From Laetmonice hystrix (taxonomy: Eukaryota), in assembly GCA_965235115.1 (NCBI GenBank), contig OZ249445.1, positions 9,734,001-9,798,000 on the forward strand: a stretch of DNA of 64,000 bases. Reading direction: 5' to 3'. Shown one piece after another: positions 14,023 through 27,180 of the stretch. Under the pieces are notes generated by a model. That model did no database searches and was not told the origin of the DNA. It was given only the letters and a program-made list of their open reading frames with translations. Numbering within the stretch: position 1 is the first letter of the stretch; every line of letters begins with the position of its first letter. The position numbers and the translations under genes are program-made.

Positions 14023-14481
14023 GATTGATACTGCCTTTTTTTATACAGAAACTGACTGTAATTGTGTGTGATTGATACTGCCTTTTTTTTATACAGAAAC
14101 TGACTGTAATTGTGTGTGATTGATACTGCCTTTTTATACAGAAACTGACAGTAATTTTGTGTGATTGATACTGCCTTTTTATACAGAAACTGACAGTAAT
14201 TTTGTGTGATTGATACTGCCTTTTTTATACAGAAACTGACAGTAATTGTGTTTGATTGATACTGCCTTTTTTTATACAGAAACTGACAGTAATTGTGTGT
14301 GATTGATACTGCCCTATTTATACAGAACCTGACAGTAAGTGTGTGATTTGATACTGCCTTTTTTATACAGAACCTGACAGTAATTGTGTGTGATTGATAC
14401 TGCCTTTTTTATACAGAACCTGACAGTAATTGTGTGTGATTGATACTGCTTTTTTTATACAGCAACTGACAGTAATTGTGT
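14023..14481. repeat. Minisatellite, 45-48 bp unit x10
   Basis: Unit GATTGATACTGCCTTTTTTATACAGAAACTGACAGTAATTGTGTGT; length varies in the T run. Confidence 0.97.
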
Positions 14482-17400
14482 CACGTCGATTAGTTTTAAA
14501 ACTCCTGTAAACTGCTCATCGGCGGGGACTCGTCGCGTGTCGGACCAATGTGTGGAGACCTCGACATTTCCGACGCTTCCCATATTTCGGATGGACTTAT
14601 TCCTCCGTGCCGTTTAACGTTATAAAGGTATCCTTGAAAGGTTTTGTCATATCCCTTTTTAATCAGCTGTGGATCCTCTTATAGAGGTAACGGCGCGTTG
14701 GTTTCCAGCCGATTCCTTTTTTGTCATCTCCCTGAGCTGACGAAAATGAAGGTCAATTAGGACGAGGTTCAGTGGTAAGCTTTGGCTGGCACACCTAACG
14801 CATATTCTCCTGAGTCGCTGTCATCCCCCACCGTCTCGGAACAAATCCACACCCCTACTAATTGCTGTAAAATTGGCATGAAGATCTCCAAGGGCCATCA
14901 AAGCGACCTCAGTGGCAAAATGAACCAACCTACAGAATGAAAGGCGACGGCAGAATCGTTCATACCAATTTATTATGGTAATACTCAGCGCGCATGTGAC
15001 TCTGCCTTTACCAATCGATGGTACTGCGAACAGAAATGTATCTGGGCGCGTGCTTACCACAAACTGAAGTTCGCCTTGTGCCGCGATCGGACCTTCTAAT
15101 TGGTCCAGGCCATTAGCAACTGGAATTTAGGGACGCTTCCAGATAGTTTGGTGTTCTTTGTAAACTTTTGGGTTTCTGCCTGGTGTTTTTATGGTCAGAT
15201 GAAATATTTGGAGGAGATTTTGATGTTTGGTCCCTACAGAATATTATGTTACACTAAAATGAAAACAGAATAAGGTTGAATTCGTTTAGCTTTTGTTTGT
15301 CTTTCTAGAAAGTAAAGAAAGTCGAATTTTAGGTACAATAAATTATTGTTCGAAAAGAATATTATAGTTTCGAATGGTTACCTTCAATACATGACAATAA
15401 ACGTATTCCATAACAGTTCAGATTAGAATTACGGTGTAATGCAAAATACTGAGGGAATGTTAGCAACAATAAATCTGGATATCCGCTGCTTAAGACAAGG
15501 AGGCTCAACTCTGCCAGTGCTAAATGACAAGACTTAGGCAGGTTAGAGGATGGTGTTTTTATATTCAAGTTGTACCCGGTACCAACTGAATCTGTCTATA
15601 TTACAAAGGAAGACTCGTTGTGCAACAGTAAATGGTTCTAGGAAGCGATATATCATCGAGTATTAACGCAGCTATCCTGCCAGGATGCATCAAACGGAGC
15701 AATTCAATACTCCACTATCTAAGGTTGTGCTCCACACTGCTGTCCCGTGTGCCTTCCTTATCCGTGATATTGGACTAAGTCTAGTCAATTTGTTAGAGGT
15801 CTCTGAGGATTGCGGCAACATAACGGTGGAGGCCAGGGTGGAGGCCGCTAATTGAGGCGGTAATATTAACGTGCACGTAACATCCGCAACCAGTTCAGAT
15901 CGTCTGTTATCAACAGGGATATCGTGTGTCCGAGGGTTTAGGGATATCCACCGAGAGGTCCGGATTTAATCTGGGGTTAATAGAATTAGTTGTGTGGTTG
16001 AGAATATATTACTGCTAGGAAGAGTTGATTCTACCCATATTTTCTCAACAGACGTGGTGTTTGTGCTGTCCTGATAATTATGTCCGCCTTGATAATCTGG
16101 CTATTGTATGGATCAGTGAATCGTCTTTCACTCTTAAAGAATCCTCTCAAAACTTGTAATACATGTATGTGGGTCGTTTTGCCCTGAGGCCGATTTCACA
16201 GCACAAGGACCAATCTGCCCTGTGCTCCCATTGTCGAGTTAAGAATGGATTCAAAGTCTTTGAAGTAATTTGAAAAGAGAAAGCATTACAAGTTCACACA
16301 TACAATATTTAAGGTAGATATATTGCAGACATTAAGCTTAAACATTAAATACACCCTGGAGATAAGTTGTTTGTGTTGAGGGGAAGCAGAATATATGGAC
16401 GTGTAATTCGTGTATTCATTGGAGATGAAAGATGTATGAAAAATGACGTTTTAATCACCTGCTCTATCATCATTAATTTCTACTTCATTTCTCTATCGAA
16501 TCAGAAGGAATATCTGCCAGGCCAACGTGATCACAGGAAACGGGGTCCATTGATTTTAGGAAGGGTAAAGAACATTGTAACTGCCAAGAAAGAAATACTT
16601 GTCGTCTTGTCTCAAGTCTGGTTTGTTTGCTTGTTTGTCTAAAGTTGTTTACTCATGATCCGAGAGACCATATGAATGATTTTACCACATAGTTCTGTAT
16701 CCTCGCAGAACGGGAGTTCACTCTCTATTAACAGGGCCAATGCCACTGTCATAGTAACGCTGATTGGCCCATCGACGTGATCACGTGATCGGCGTTGCCA
16801 AGCCGGGATAATACAAGAAAAGAATGCCATATCCGGGAATCTGTGTGGTATTTGGCACGAGGGTTATTGAGAGTTCGTTAGGTTATCAGACATCAAGGTG
16901 GGCCGATGGAGGTGGAATCCACAATGAGACAGGGACGTATAACCATGTAGGTCTACTGTCATGAAAATGGACGGTTGGGTCGATTCTCGTCCTGCTAGTT
17001 TATCACTCCGGTCTGGTAGATGACGTACAGTAATCAGGAATAGAAGTCTACGACGGAGAAATGACACAAAGTTGAGATGCGCGAATGTTCGAGTTAATGG
17101 TGCGCACATAAATGTTCCAAACGTATATCACCTACTGTCTATACCTGTCTCTTGCCACGTGCGACCATTTTACCTTGTTCATACTAGACTCCTCACTGCT
17201 TTACACTTACAGCAACTTGAAACGACTGCATTTCGCTGCATATTTTGTCTGCAGCTGTAATACTAGATTGTGTTAGGTCTAAACATGTTCTGTCCTTACC
17301 TCTGTCATCTTTGTCTGACGGAAGATGATGTACTCGAAGACTCTTTGAATATCGCACAAATTGCCCGATTACTTTCAGGATATTTACTCTCATTTCGGCA

Positions 17401-19256
17401 CAGCAGCGTGTTCATTCACTGACACCCATAGAAACCTAGGTTTCGCCTCGTGTTCAAGTCACGTAAACGCCTTTCGCAAACGGTATGCCCTCATTCCCAA
17501 TTACTGCACAATTGGCACAAAGTAATACATTTATTGGGAAGGCAAGATGAGAGGGTGGTATTTCCTACTAAAAGCGTAGGTTCTTCAGTTAAGGCAAAGG
17601 GCGTAATGGGTTTGGATGAGATTCTGGTTATGTTTGCCGCATCAGTGCAACATGCATTTCCACGATAGACGTGGGTGTTGTAAATGATGTTGGATTCTAT
17701 TGCCAGTGTAAAAAAGTAATTCCTTCATGGAAATTTGAGTGAACCAACGTCATGCAGATAGCGTATCAGTTGGATTTGTAACCGAATTATATAATTGGAC
17801 CTTGAATGTATTATCCGTATTATATCAATTGTATATAGGCCAGTTCAAATGTTGAGAAAATAATTCCTCAGTCTGTGTGTGCGTTGACCATTTTAATACG
17901 ATGTTTCTAAGTCAAATCCATAACAGTCGTGGACTACTAAGAATATGAATGTCGAGAAACTGAGCTGATATGGAGAAAGAGAAGACTGGAAGTACAAACA
18001 CCGACAAAAAGTGAGAACATATCTGACAATAACTAGGTGTGGGAACCTGAAATGCGCATTAAAATTGAGAATTATACGTGAGAGTACCGATACCAGATAT
18101 CTGTTTGAAATGAGGAGACGAAAGACGACAGAGAAGGCAGTGAAGTATTTACACACCTTGCCGTGGGTCGACCAAGACAAACACCTGTCGATGTGAACAT
18201 GTCGGATTGATGTATCCGGGTGTCGTTTCACGGGAAGGAGCTGGGATTCGTGCGGGGTTCTGACAAAATAGTAAATGGTGCACAGTGAAAGGTGCCCAAC
18301 CTCCGTCAATATGACATGACCCTCTCTGAGGTCATTCACGGAACTAAGTCAATATCAGCCCTGGATCTATGGGCGTAGATCCCGTCATTTATCGATATCA
18401 GGTGAGAAGTTACTTGTACTCGTTATATGAGCACATATGTTTTTTCTCTCAGTGCCATTTTCCGTTAAGTCGGCCGGATTTCCCGCTGTCGGCGCTGTCA
18501 ATGGCAGCAGTTGGGTCCATTGATTATTCCTGTCAGGATTTAGTTTGGAGGCAGACGACGTCCTTGGTCCGTCTACAACCAGCTAGACACATCATCCAAC
18601 TGTTTATATCATTATGGAACAGATGAATGGATTATGATGGATGGTAGCGCAAGCAGTATTTAGTCTTCGATCGAAGATATGAACATCTCCAACGCTAATT
18701 CCGTCTGGTATGGGGGTTTCTGGGACCAATGACAATTATTCTGCGGATATCCTGCCAAGCAGATGTATAGTTTGCAGGCATCATTGGCATTCTCCTTGTA
18801 CAGGTTATTGCTGTTGTTCTGTTTATTGCGTTTCCTATACTCATCCGATGACGTAAGCAGACGTTTGACCTTTTTGACCTTGCTATTTTTGACGGATTTA
18901 CTTACATTAACACATACACACAAGGTCAGACGGCTGGAAGTCGTACTTGGAATGGAGGTTATTAAACAATACAACTATACTCTTGATATGGGGATATTTG
19001 TTCAGTGCTCTAGGTGATCTAGTGCACGGGTGGTCACCCCCAGACATCCACCCCACGATATTCACCAAATCTACACCGAATGGCCGAAACGTTGAACGGA
19101 GAGAGAGTCCCTTGAAATCCAACAGGAAGGTTACTGTTGCTGGGACATGGGCGAAGTTTACATCATAGTAAACCAATTAACCGATTTAGATGAAGTCAGT
19201 GTTTGGATATGCAACGCGGCCACTGAAAGCTAAGATGCAATTTGGCTTTACAAAGG

Positions 19257-20240
19257 CGTGAACTGTGATGTCATTACGCCCCGGGCCCCGGTACCAAACA
19301 CCATGACGACCGATTAACGTGAACTGTGATGTCATTGCCCCGGGCCCCGGTACCAAACACCATGACGACCGATTAACGTGAACTGTGATGTTATTGCGCC
19401 CCGGGCCCCAGTACCAAACACCATGACGACCGATTAACGTGAACTGTGATGTTATTGCGCCCCGGGCCCCAGTACCAAACACCATGACGACCGATTAACG
19501 TGAACTGTGATGTCATTGCCCCGGGCCCCAGTACCAAACACCATGACGACCGATTAACGTGAACTGTGATGTCATTGTCCCGGGCCCCAGTACCAAACAC
19601 CATGACGACCGATTAACGTGAACTGTGATGTTATTGCGCCCCGGGCCCCAGTACCATGACGACCGATTAACGTGAACTGTGATGTCATTGCGCCCCGGGC
19701 CCCAGTACCAAACACCATGACGACCGATTAACGTGAACTGTGATGTCATTGTGCCCCGGGCCCCAGTACCATGACGACCGATTAACGTGAACTGTGATGT
19801 TATTGCGCCCCGGGCCCCAGTACCATGACGACCGATTAACGTGAACTGTGATGTTATTGCGCCCCGGGCCCCAGTACCAAACACCAAGACGACCGATTAA
19901 CGTGAACTGTGATGTCATTGTGCCCCGGGCCCCAGTACCATGACGACCGATTAACGTGAACTGTGATGTCATTGCGCCCCGGGCCCCAGTACCATGACGA
20001 CCGATTAACGTGAACTGTGATGTTATTGCGCCCCGGGCCCCAGTACCAAACACCAAGACGACCGATTAACGTGAACTGTGATGTCATTGCGCCCCGGGCC
20101 CCAGTACCATGACGACCGATTAACGTGAACTGTGATGTCATTGCGCCCCGGGCCCCAGTACCAAACACCATGACGACCGATTAACGTGAACTGTGATGTC
20201 ATTGCGCCCCGGGCCCCAGTACCATGACGACCGATTAACG
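19257..20240. repeat. Minisatellite, 61/54 bp units x17
   Basis: Unit GTGAACTGTGATGTCATTGCGCCCCGGGCCCCAGTACC[AAACACC]ATGACGACCGATTAAC; no unique spacers. Confidence 0.98.
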
Positions 20241-21837
20241 CTGATTGAGAATCGCTGATGGGGAGAGCCCTGCCATGGAAGCAACCAATTTGCATATCGA
20301 CGATCACCTTTTTATAAAACATGCATATTTTCATCATTTCAGTGATGGACTCCCCAAGTACGGCAGTATTTACAATCAGGTGGCTTACGGGGTATCTGTT
20401 GCCAATCAAACTAATGTTTTATGGAAAACGTAATATAACTTTTTTGTAGTGTAGAGACTACCACCATTTTTGGCGTGGAATTATAGTAACCGAGATGGAA
20501 GTCGACGAAATCTGTGATGATGCATATTCCAATACAAAATGTCTGGCGCTGGTGTCTGGTCATCCGTTAAAGTAAATACATGATTGTAATAGAGATTACA
20601 TGCAATTTTGATCAAGCACCCTCTGCCAGTCTTTGAAAATTTTGAGATCTTTGAGTTTCACTGGAAAAGACTGATGATCCGTCTAGTGTATCAATTGCCC
20701 ATGTGTGTTCATGACTTAGTATTGTGTTACATATACATGTAGTATTACATTGTGTCTGCAGCTGCATCATTGGGCATTTTTCAGGAATAGTTACTTCGCT
20801 AGTTAGTAAATGGAAATTGCGATTTCATATTTTTGGATAATATTGTGGTAGACATCAATAAGGATATGGCTAAATGGTGAGGAAAGTATGGCTTTATGGT
20901 GTAAAGATGACTGATGAAGTTGTAAAGAAACCTTTCCAACACCCGAGGAATGTGACGGGAGAAAACGACTGACAGTCCGTTCGTTAGGATCCACGGTCAG
21001 GACCTCAGACCTGAACTCGTTACACGGAGCGGTGACGTAAATAAATAACGATAAACTTCAACTCTTGGCAGATTAATGCGCCAATAGTTAGCGAAACGTA
21101 ACTGTAGTTGACAAAGAAATTACGAGAAGCGATTAATTGTCGTCTTCAATAAACCAAGGGTCCAACGGGCCCCAAACAGGTTAGTCTACAAACAGCGTGA
21201 AAAACGCATTCTCCTTTTTGCCGCTAAACACTACCGAGATTCCCGGAATTAAATTGATCTCGGAACAAACGTTTCCGATAGAGGCATTTATCCGGACAGC
21301 TGTGCATGTTTTGTCAATTAAATTTCTCTGAATGTGGCTCTTAAACACGGAAGGTAATGAAAACGCCAAGCGTTGTTAAAGCCTGATTAGCCAGCTTAAT
21401 TGTGGATGATGTGTCAATGATGTGATGTCAATAAACCCCCAATTTTTTTTATAGGAATTATTGTAATCGTACATACTATAAGAGTATTTCCATACATATG
21501 AAAAAATAATATCTAGAGATCAAAGCTACTTGAGCATCTGATTAAACTAGCATACTTGCCCGAACAGTGCCCGGAGAAATATAAGGCAAACTGCCTGGAT
21601 ACAAATAGTAGAGAGTAATTAGGCACATCATTATAACTGTGTAATTCGTGACAGAAGACGACAAGTCGAGAAGTACGGAATGTTTGTCGTCTGTCATCAG
21701 TGATTGAATGATCTTTGAGCAATGTCTGTATACTCTCTAACTGCTGACCCAGTGACACCAGCACGGCTATAACCTCTGGCCGGCTTATTCCGTGACGCTT
21801 AGCTCACGTGAATCCATCGTTGCTAGTGGCTAACAAA

Positions 21838-22045
21838 CAGTGGCGGCGCCAGACCTAAAAATTCAGGGGGAGGGGGCAAAGTTGGGGCAAACAGAAAATG
21901 GGGGGGGGAGAGATATGTCATACACTTTGATCTTTATAGCCCATTTTTAAACGGGGGGGGGGGGCAAAGAGGGGGCAAACTAAATTTCTGGGGGGGGGGG
22001 GGGGGGACATTTGCCCCCCCCCCTTGCCCCCTAGCGCCGCCACTG
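21838..22045. mobile_element. hAT-type MITE (208 bp, poly-G/poly-C rich)
   Basis: TIR CAGTGGCGGCGC(C/T)AG 14/15 match; 8-bp flanks CTAACAAA / CCAATAAA (6/8, decayed TSD). Confidence 0.8.
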
Positions 22046-24454
22046 CCAATAAACAAGTCTGTAATCTGCTAGGCTGTTTAGGCGAACTTCCCAGTACAGC
22101 AGCCATACTATCCGACACCGTTTTTTATAAAGAGGAATTATAATTTTTTTGACAGCCGATTTAAAAGACAGCCTCTGGCAATAACGCGTCGACATATTGG
22201 CCATGACGCTTGCCATGTAAAGGGTCATTGGATGCTCGTGGGAACCGAATGGTTTAGGTTGGCAGTGCTGGTCGGTAGGGCCTGAGCTCAACATAATGAA
22301 CGCATAACCTGTCATAATCGACGGACCTTAGTGCGTTTTGGGGGGAATAACTACTAATTCCGAGTACGTGACAATGGCTAGGATCTGTGGGAGAGGGGAG
22401 TGGGTATAAGTGAGGTTCATGAACGGGTCCTGTGAGTTTGATGTCATTAATTAAACTGTATACCCGTGCAATTTGAGGACTTGTTTGTTATACGCATATT
22501 CAGAATGCAGTCTAAAGGGGGCACGTCGAGGATGGTAGAACGGAAAGTATGTGGTAGATAGACCGACTTTGCTACGGAACAGTCCATGAGGACAACCGCT
22601 CCCATCTTAGTATTTACCACATTTTCCTCCCTTTATTCTGGAAATTGGGTAGGCTGAAGCTCCGCTTGGGTAGGCCGCCTTCGTCAGAGCAACCATTCCT
22701 CCCACATTACCCCCCCCCCTCATAATTATGAAAATGAACTTCTTTATCTGGTCTTATATTGTCAAGTTCCTAAATTTTGAGACATCAAAAAAGGAAGGGG
22801 TGTGATCCCATAAAGCCCCCCCCCCCTCCCATTAGCTGTGCCCGTCTGCTGGCAATGTGGGAATGAATTTGTTTGCGATTCCGAATAGAGGAATCGTCCA
22901 TGAAAAGCGGGTAACCATGGAAGACCGTGTAACATAGGAAAGCCCCTAAAACCAGTGCAATCTGGACGTTTTGTAGGCAATTAGGGGACTATGGCGGGAG
23001 ACATTGACAGACAGGGTTAACGGTGTCAGAACGTGGAGGTGGGCGATCAGCTGCAGACCAAAGCTTTGTGTTTGGTCGTCGCTTATCAAGCACGGAATAA
23101 CATGGACGTCTGGACAGAAAAAAGACGATATTTTGCTCAGCCATGACTTGCATAGCGTATAGTATGGAGCGATATCTCCCACCACAGTGTATTGCTGGGG
23201 GATGGCGCGTTGCAGCAATCTGCAACTCCACTGACCAACAAGAAGGTCATGGAATTAACCTTGGTCAACGCACTGACCTTTTCGGTCAGTAAACCGATCG
23301 AGACATGTAAATTGGGACTGGATGCATTGTTCACTTCAAATGGCAGCTGGGCAGTGTTTTCCAGCTCTTCAAATCAGGCAGGCACCGTCCCTGTACTATA
23401 TGAAACTTATTAAACTTCAGAAACTTATTTACTTTATATCATTGGACAGCCTAACCGGTTCTGTCACCAGCTTTACGAGAGAAAAATATATATATTGGCG
23501 TTATGTTTAGCATTATTTTCCTCTAGCATTGGCATTGATGCATCTTCATTTTCTTCATGACCTCCATTACAAAGTAAAAACTGATAGTAAACTGTAAACT
23601 AAACCTCTTCCTTTCCCTATTCTCGAGTCGCTGTTTGATAGGGTAAATTGAGATAGACGAAGCCATTTACAGAAGATTGAATGTAAACCTGATAAATGAG
23701 TTCTATGCATGCATGCCCCAATTCGTGCACAGGAAGCGCGCTGTAGGCGAGTGTTAATGATGGACAACATGGTTTAGACCTGAGAGTGTGTGAGCAAACA
23801 ATATGGTGTGACTGTGGACCTGGCGACATGTGCCCTGTCAGTTGTAGTCATTACTGGACGGACCCTATCTCTACTCTCACGTCCAGTAGTCGCTCACAGA
23901 TGGTCCAAGTCGGGGGTATGGATAGTGGTGCTTGGATACAAACCAACACAAGTTGTATTCTGTGTCTGCGTCTAACATCCCACACTAGATGTGTTGTGGC
24001 TGCTGTAAGAAAATTATTATCACGTGAACGTACAGTAGGACAGTAATACCTTTTTTTTAATGAAAATTCCAAATATGAATACCAGACGTATGCATGTGTG
24101 TCTTTAACTATCAAAGTTAGATTTTTTAGTCAAATGTTGGTAATTGTGTTTCGCAACAATGAGCTGATGGTACTATTACTAAAACATTTCTGTATCAAGA
24201 AGCTCCAGGAGCTGTAATGCACGTTTCCTGTCGGCGTTGCAAGGTTTGTATGGTAAAAGGCGTAGATTTTACCACTTGATTGTTCTGAGTTTAAAAGCTC
24301 CGACGGAGGAAGGCGGCAGCAGGATAAAGGACTTACAGAGAACGCAAAAACTTCATATATAAGACAGGGCTCGGCTCAATCAGGATGGTACTGGTTATTT
24401 TATACTAGAAACGGGAAACAGGTATTGTAACATGAAGAACAGTCCATATTTCAA

Positions 24455-24511
24455 TCTGTCCGTCTCCTTCTGTCTGTCTTTTCTGCCTGTCTGTCTGTCT
24501 GTTTGTCTGTA

Positions 24512-24561
<50 letters not shown>
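24455..24561. repeat. Compound microsatellite (TCTG)n(CT)n
   Basis: Direct reading. Confidence 0.95.
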
Positions 24562-24563
<2 letters not shown>

Positions 24564-25961
24564 GGCGTGGCTGGGAATCAGAAACAAAGCCTGAGTTCTG
24601 CGCTACTTTTGATATACTACTAACACCTCGAGAACCGGAGTGATGCTGTGAGATCAATTGAGAGAACCGCCCATACAGGTGGACATTGGAAACTGTGACG
24701 TGGTCGAAGAGGTTTCTTGTTAGTACATTAGTGACCATGGGTTCACAACATGCAGGTGAAGAATGAGAAAGACAGGAACGTTTTGAATGATAGAGCACGA
24801 CGTGTAGTGTTAAGAAAACCAGACGTCTTGGGCGGCCTTTTTAAAAAGTTCCGGTATACCGACTCCCATTAGTAGCGCCAGGTCGTACTGGGGCACGCAA
24901 CCTTTAAGTCTTTAGGGAACCACGACTTTCATAGGTGTGAACCTCCAGCTCTGTGGAACCCGTGGATAAAATGACTACTTGAAGGCACTATTGATGTTTG
25001 TAAGGGCTGGCTTTAGGGGGTTGAGATGGGTTGGGTATAGCATACCGGTTGATGCACTAGACGTTGAACTTATGAACTCCTGTTCCGAAACCTGCTCCCT
25101 GCTGATAAGGTGATGTATCGGATCACCGGTAGGCTGAATAAGATTTGTTCTGCCCGTACGTATGATAGTCCCTGGTGGCGTCTTAACGTTATACTGAGCC
25201 AGTTACAGGTTGCGTGATGGTCTGCCTGACTCTCTGTCTCTGCCTGGGTGTATCTTGTGTGGCCTTTCAAATACAGCTTCTGCGAAACGAACTACGTCTA
25301 ATCACGAACTGTCTGGGGTACGGTTAGTGCACTTCAAACATCTTATTAGGAAGAATTGATGGGTGAATGGTATCAGACCCCACTATGGTCACTTAGAGCT
25401 TCCCAGAATCCCCCGTAAAAGTTTATCTAAACACATACTTAACTAAAATTGTTGTTATTCCTGCACGTTGCTAATCGGTGTTTCAACTGTTCAGAAAATT
25501 GGTTGAGCTCTTCTTCCTGATGACAAACGGGTCCATGTGTATTGTTTCATATAGACTTAGGTACGGTGGCATAGTAGGGCCAAATCAATAGACTCACCGA
25601 AAATAAGAAAGTCATTTGGCACCAGTAAGTGGGTCAAGATTGAAGAGGTATGCATCAGTTTACAGATGTTGGTGATTCAAGGTCGTATGATTTGATAAGA
25701 CGGCTCCTTTAATGTCGTGCGGGCGGCGCGTGACAATTTGACGAACGTCCATGATTTAATGTCAATTAGGGCAGAAACCAGGTCGGGCGGTAGATATGAA
25801 TCCCAGTAACAAGGTCCTGAACCTTATAGTCCTAATGCCACCTTAAAATATGTCGTGAATACTAAGGTGGGTTTGTAGAACAACGTACAGGCCTACATAA
25901 TAGACACGTCTCCGTTATAAATATTGTTACTGTACATTGCACAACACACTATTGTCTCTGT

Positions 25962-26003
25962 GGGTGGGTGGGTGGGGGTGGGGGTGGGGGTGGGGGGTGG
26001 GGG
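25962..26003. repeat. (G3-6T)n G-rich tract
   Basis: Eight G runs separated by single T. Confidence 0.9.
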
Positions 26004-27046
26004 TTCATGTTATGAGCTTTGTCAGCCACTTCAGTCACGATGTTATGTATAATAAGCTAGACGGAAGAAGGTGTAGGTCATATTACATACTTTTCACTAA
26101 GTTTGGGATGCCATTAGAAACAAATTTGTGTAAAATTCTACTGTTCTAAAAGCGGGATAGAGATTATTTTCTCATTATTTTACTTTGTGCGAATAATAAT
26201 ATTGCGGAGAGTGGACGTCATTGTTAAGAACTGCCTATAAGTGAACACCGCAAAGTATCTCTCTCTCTCAATTAGCTCTCTTTGTATTTGGAATTACTCT
26301 CGGATATAATGTTGACTTGGAGATGGTGACAGCCTAATCGTCCAAGAGTTGTGCATATGTCGCCCGTCTACGCAGACAGAGAGACAATTATTATATTATT
26401 TTTTCACCTCAGCAGACCGAGGAGTATGACGTCACTGCGAGTTTACATATTGCTGTATGTCTGCCTGTCTGTCGCACAGGACAATGTGTGAGCAACTGAG
26501 CATCGTCTTGGGTAGGATTTCTATTCATACACCTCAAAGACGTGCCAGCGGCCAGCAGATGACTATAGGGAAACGGCCTGGCTCTGGCCAGTCTCCTCTT
26601 TGATGAACCCTTCAATGACGCTGCCCTTGATCGAATACAATTCGAGAGCAATTTTTGCACTGTTTCATCACCGCTGTACGTTCAAGATAGGTTTTGGAAT
26701 AATCGATCATCTGTTCTTTCTTCTTTGGGGAGCTCTGTCCGTGGGACGTCATCCGTCTAGAAAGCCTTGGGTAGAGGACTTATTCGTTTTCACGCGCAAA
26801 ACTCAGCCTATATAAAACAAGATTCGTCATCATAGACACAGGCGTCTTTCGTGGACGAGGTGGGGAATGGTGTACTTTAATGTCCATTGCCTGTTCGAGT
26901 ACCCCCACACTTGTATACGGTCCCATGGTGACAGTCTCCGAGATTGTAATAATCGTAAAGTATAGCATATACTATATGCTGTGCATTACGATTCGATCTC
27001 CGCATTTAAATTATCTGTCTTGAAACTATCCATGTTCATGATTCCG

Positions 27047-27180
27047 NNNNNNNNNNNNNNNNNNNNNNNNNNNNNNNNNNNNNNNNNNNNNNNNNNNNNN
27101 NNNNNNNNNNNNNNNNNNNNNNNNNNNNNNNNNNNNNNNNNNNNNNNNNNNNNNNNNNNNNNNNNNNNNNNNNNNNNNNN
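27047..27180. other. Assembly gap (134 N)
   Basis: Run of N; true length unknown. Confidence 1.

Noticed and set aside
14023-14481. Possible CRISPR array
   Set aside because: Units are contiguous and near-identical along their whole length; no spacers.
19186-20409. Repetitive ORFs and CRISPR-like appearance of the 61/54-bp array
   Set aside because: Head-to-tail repeat with no unique spacers, no cas genes, eukaryotic intron context.
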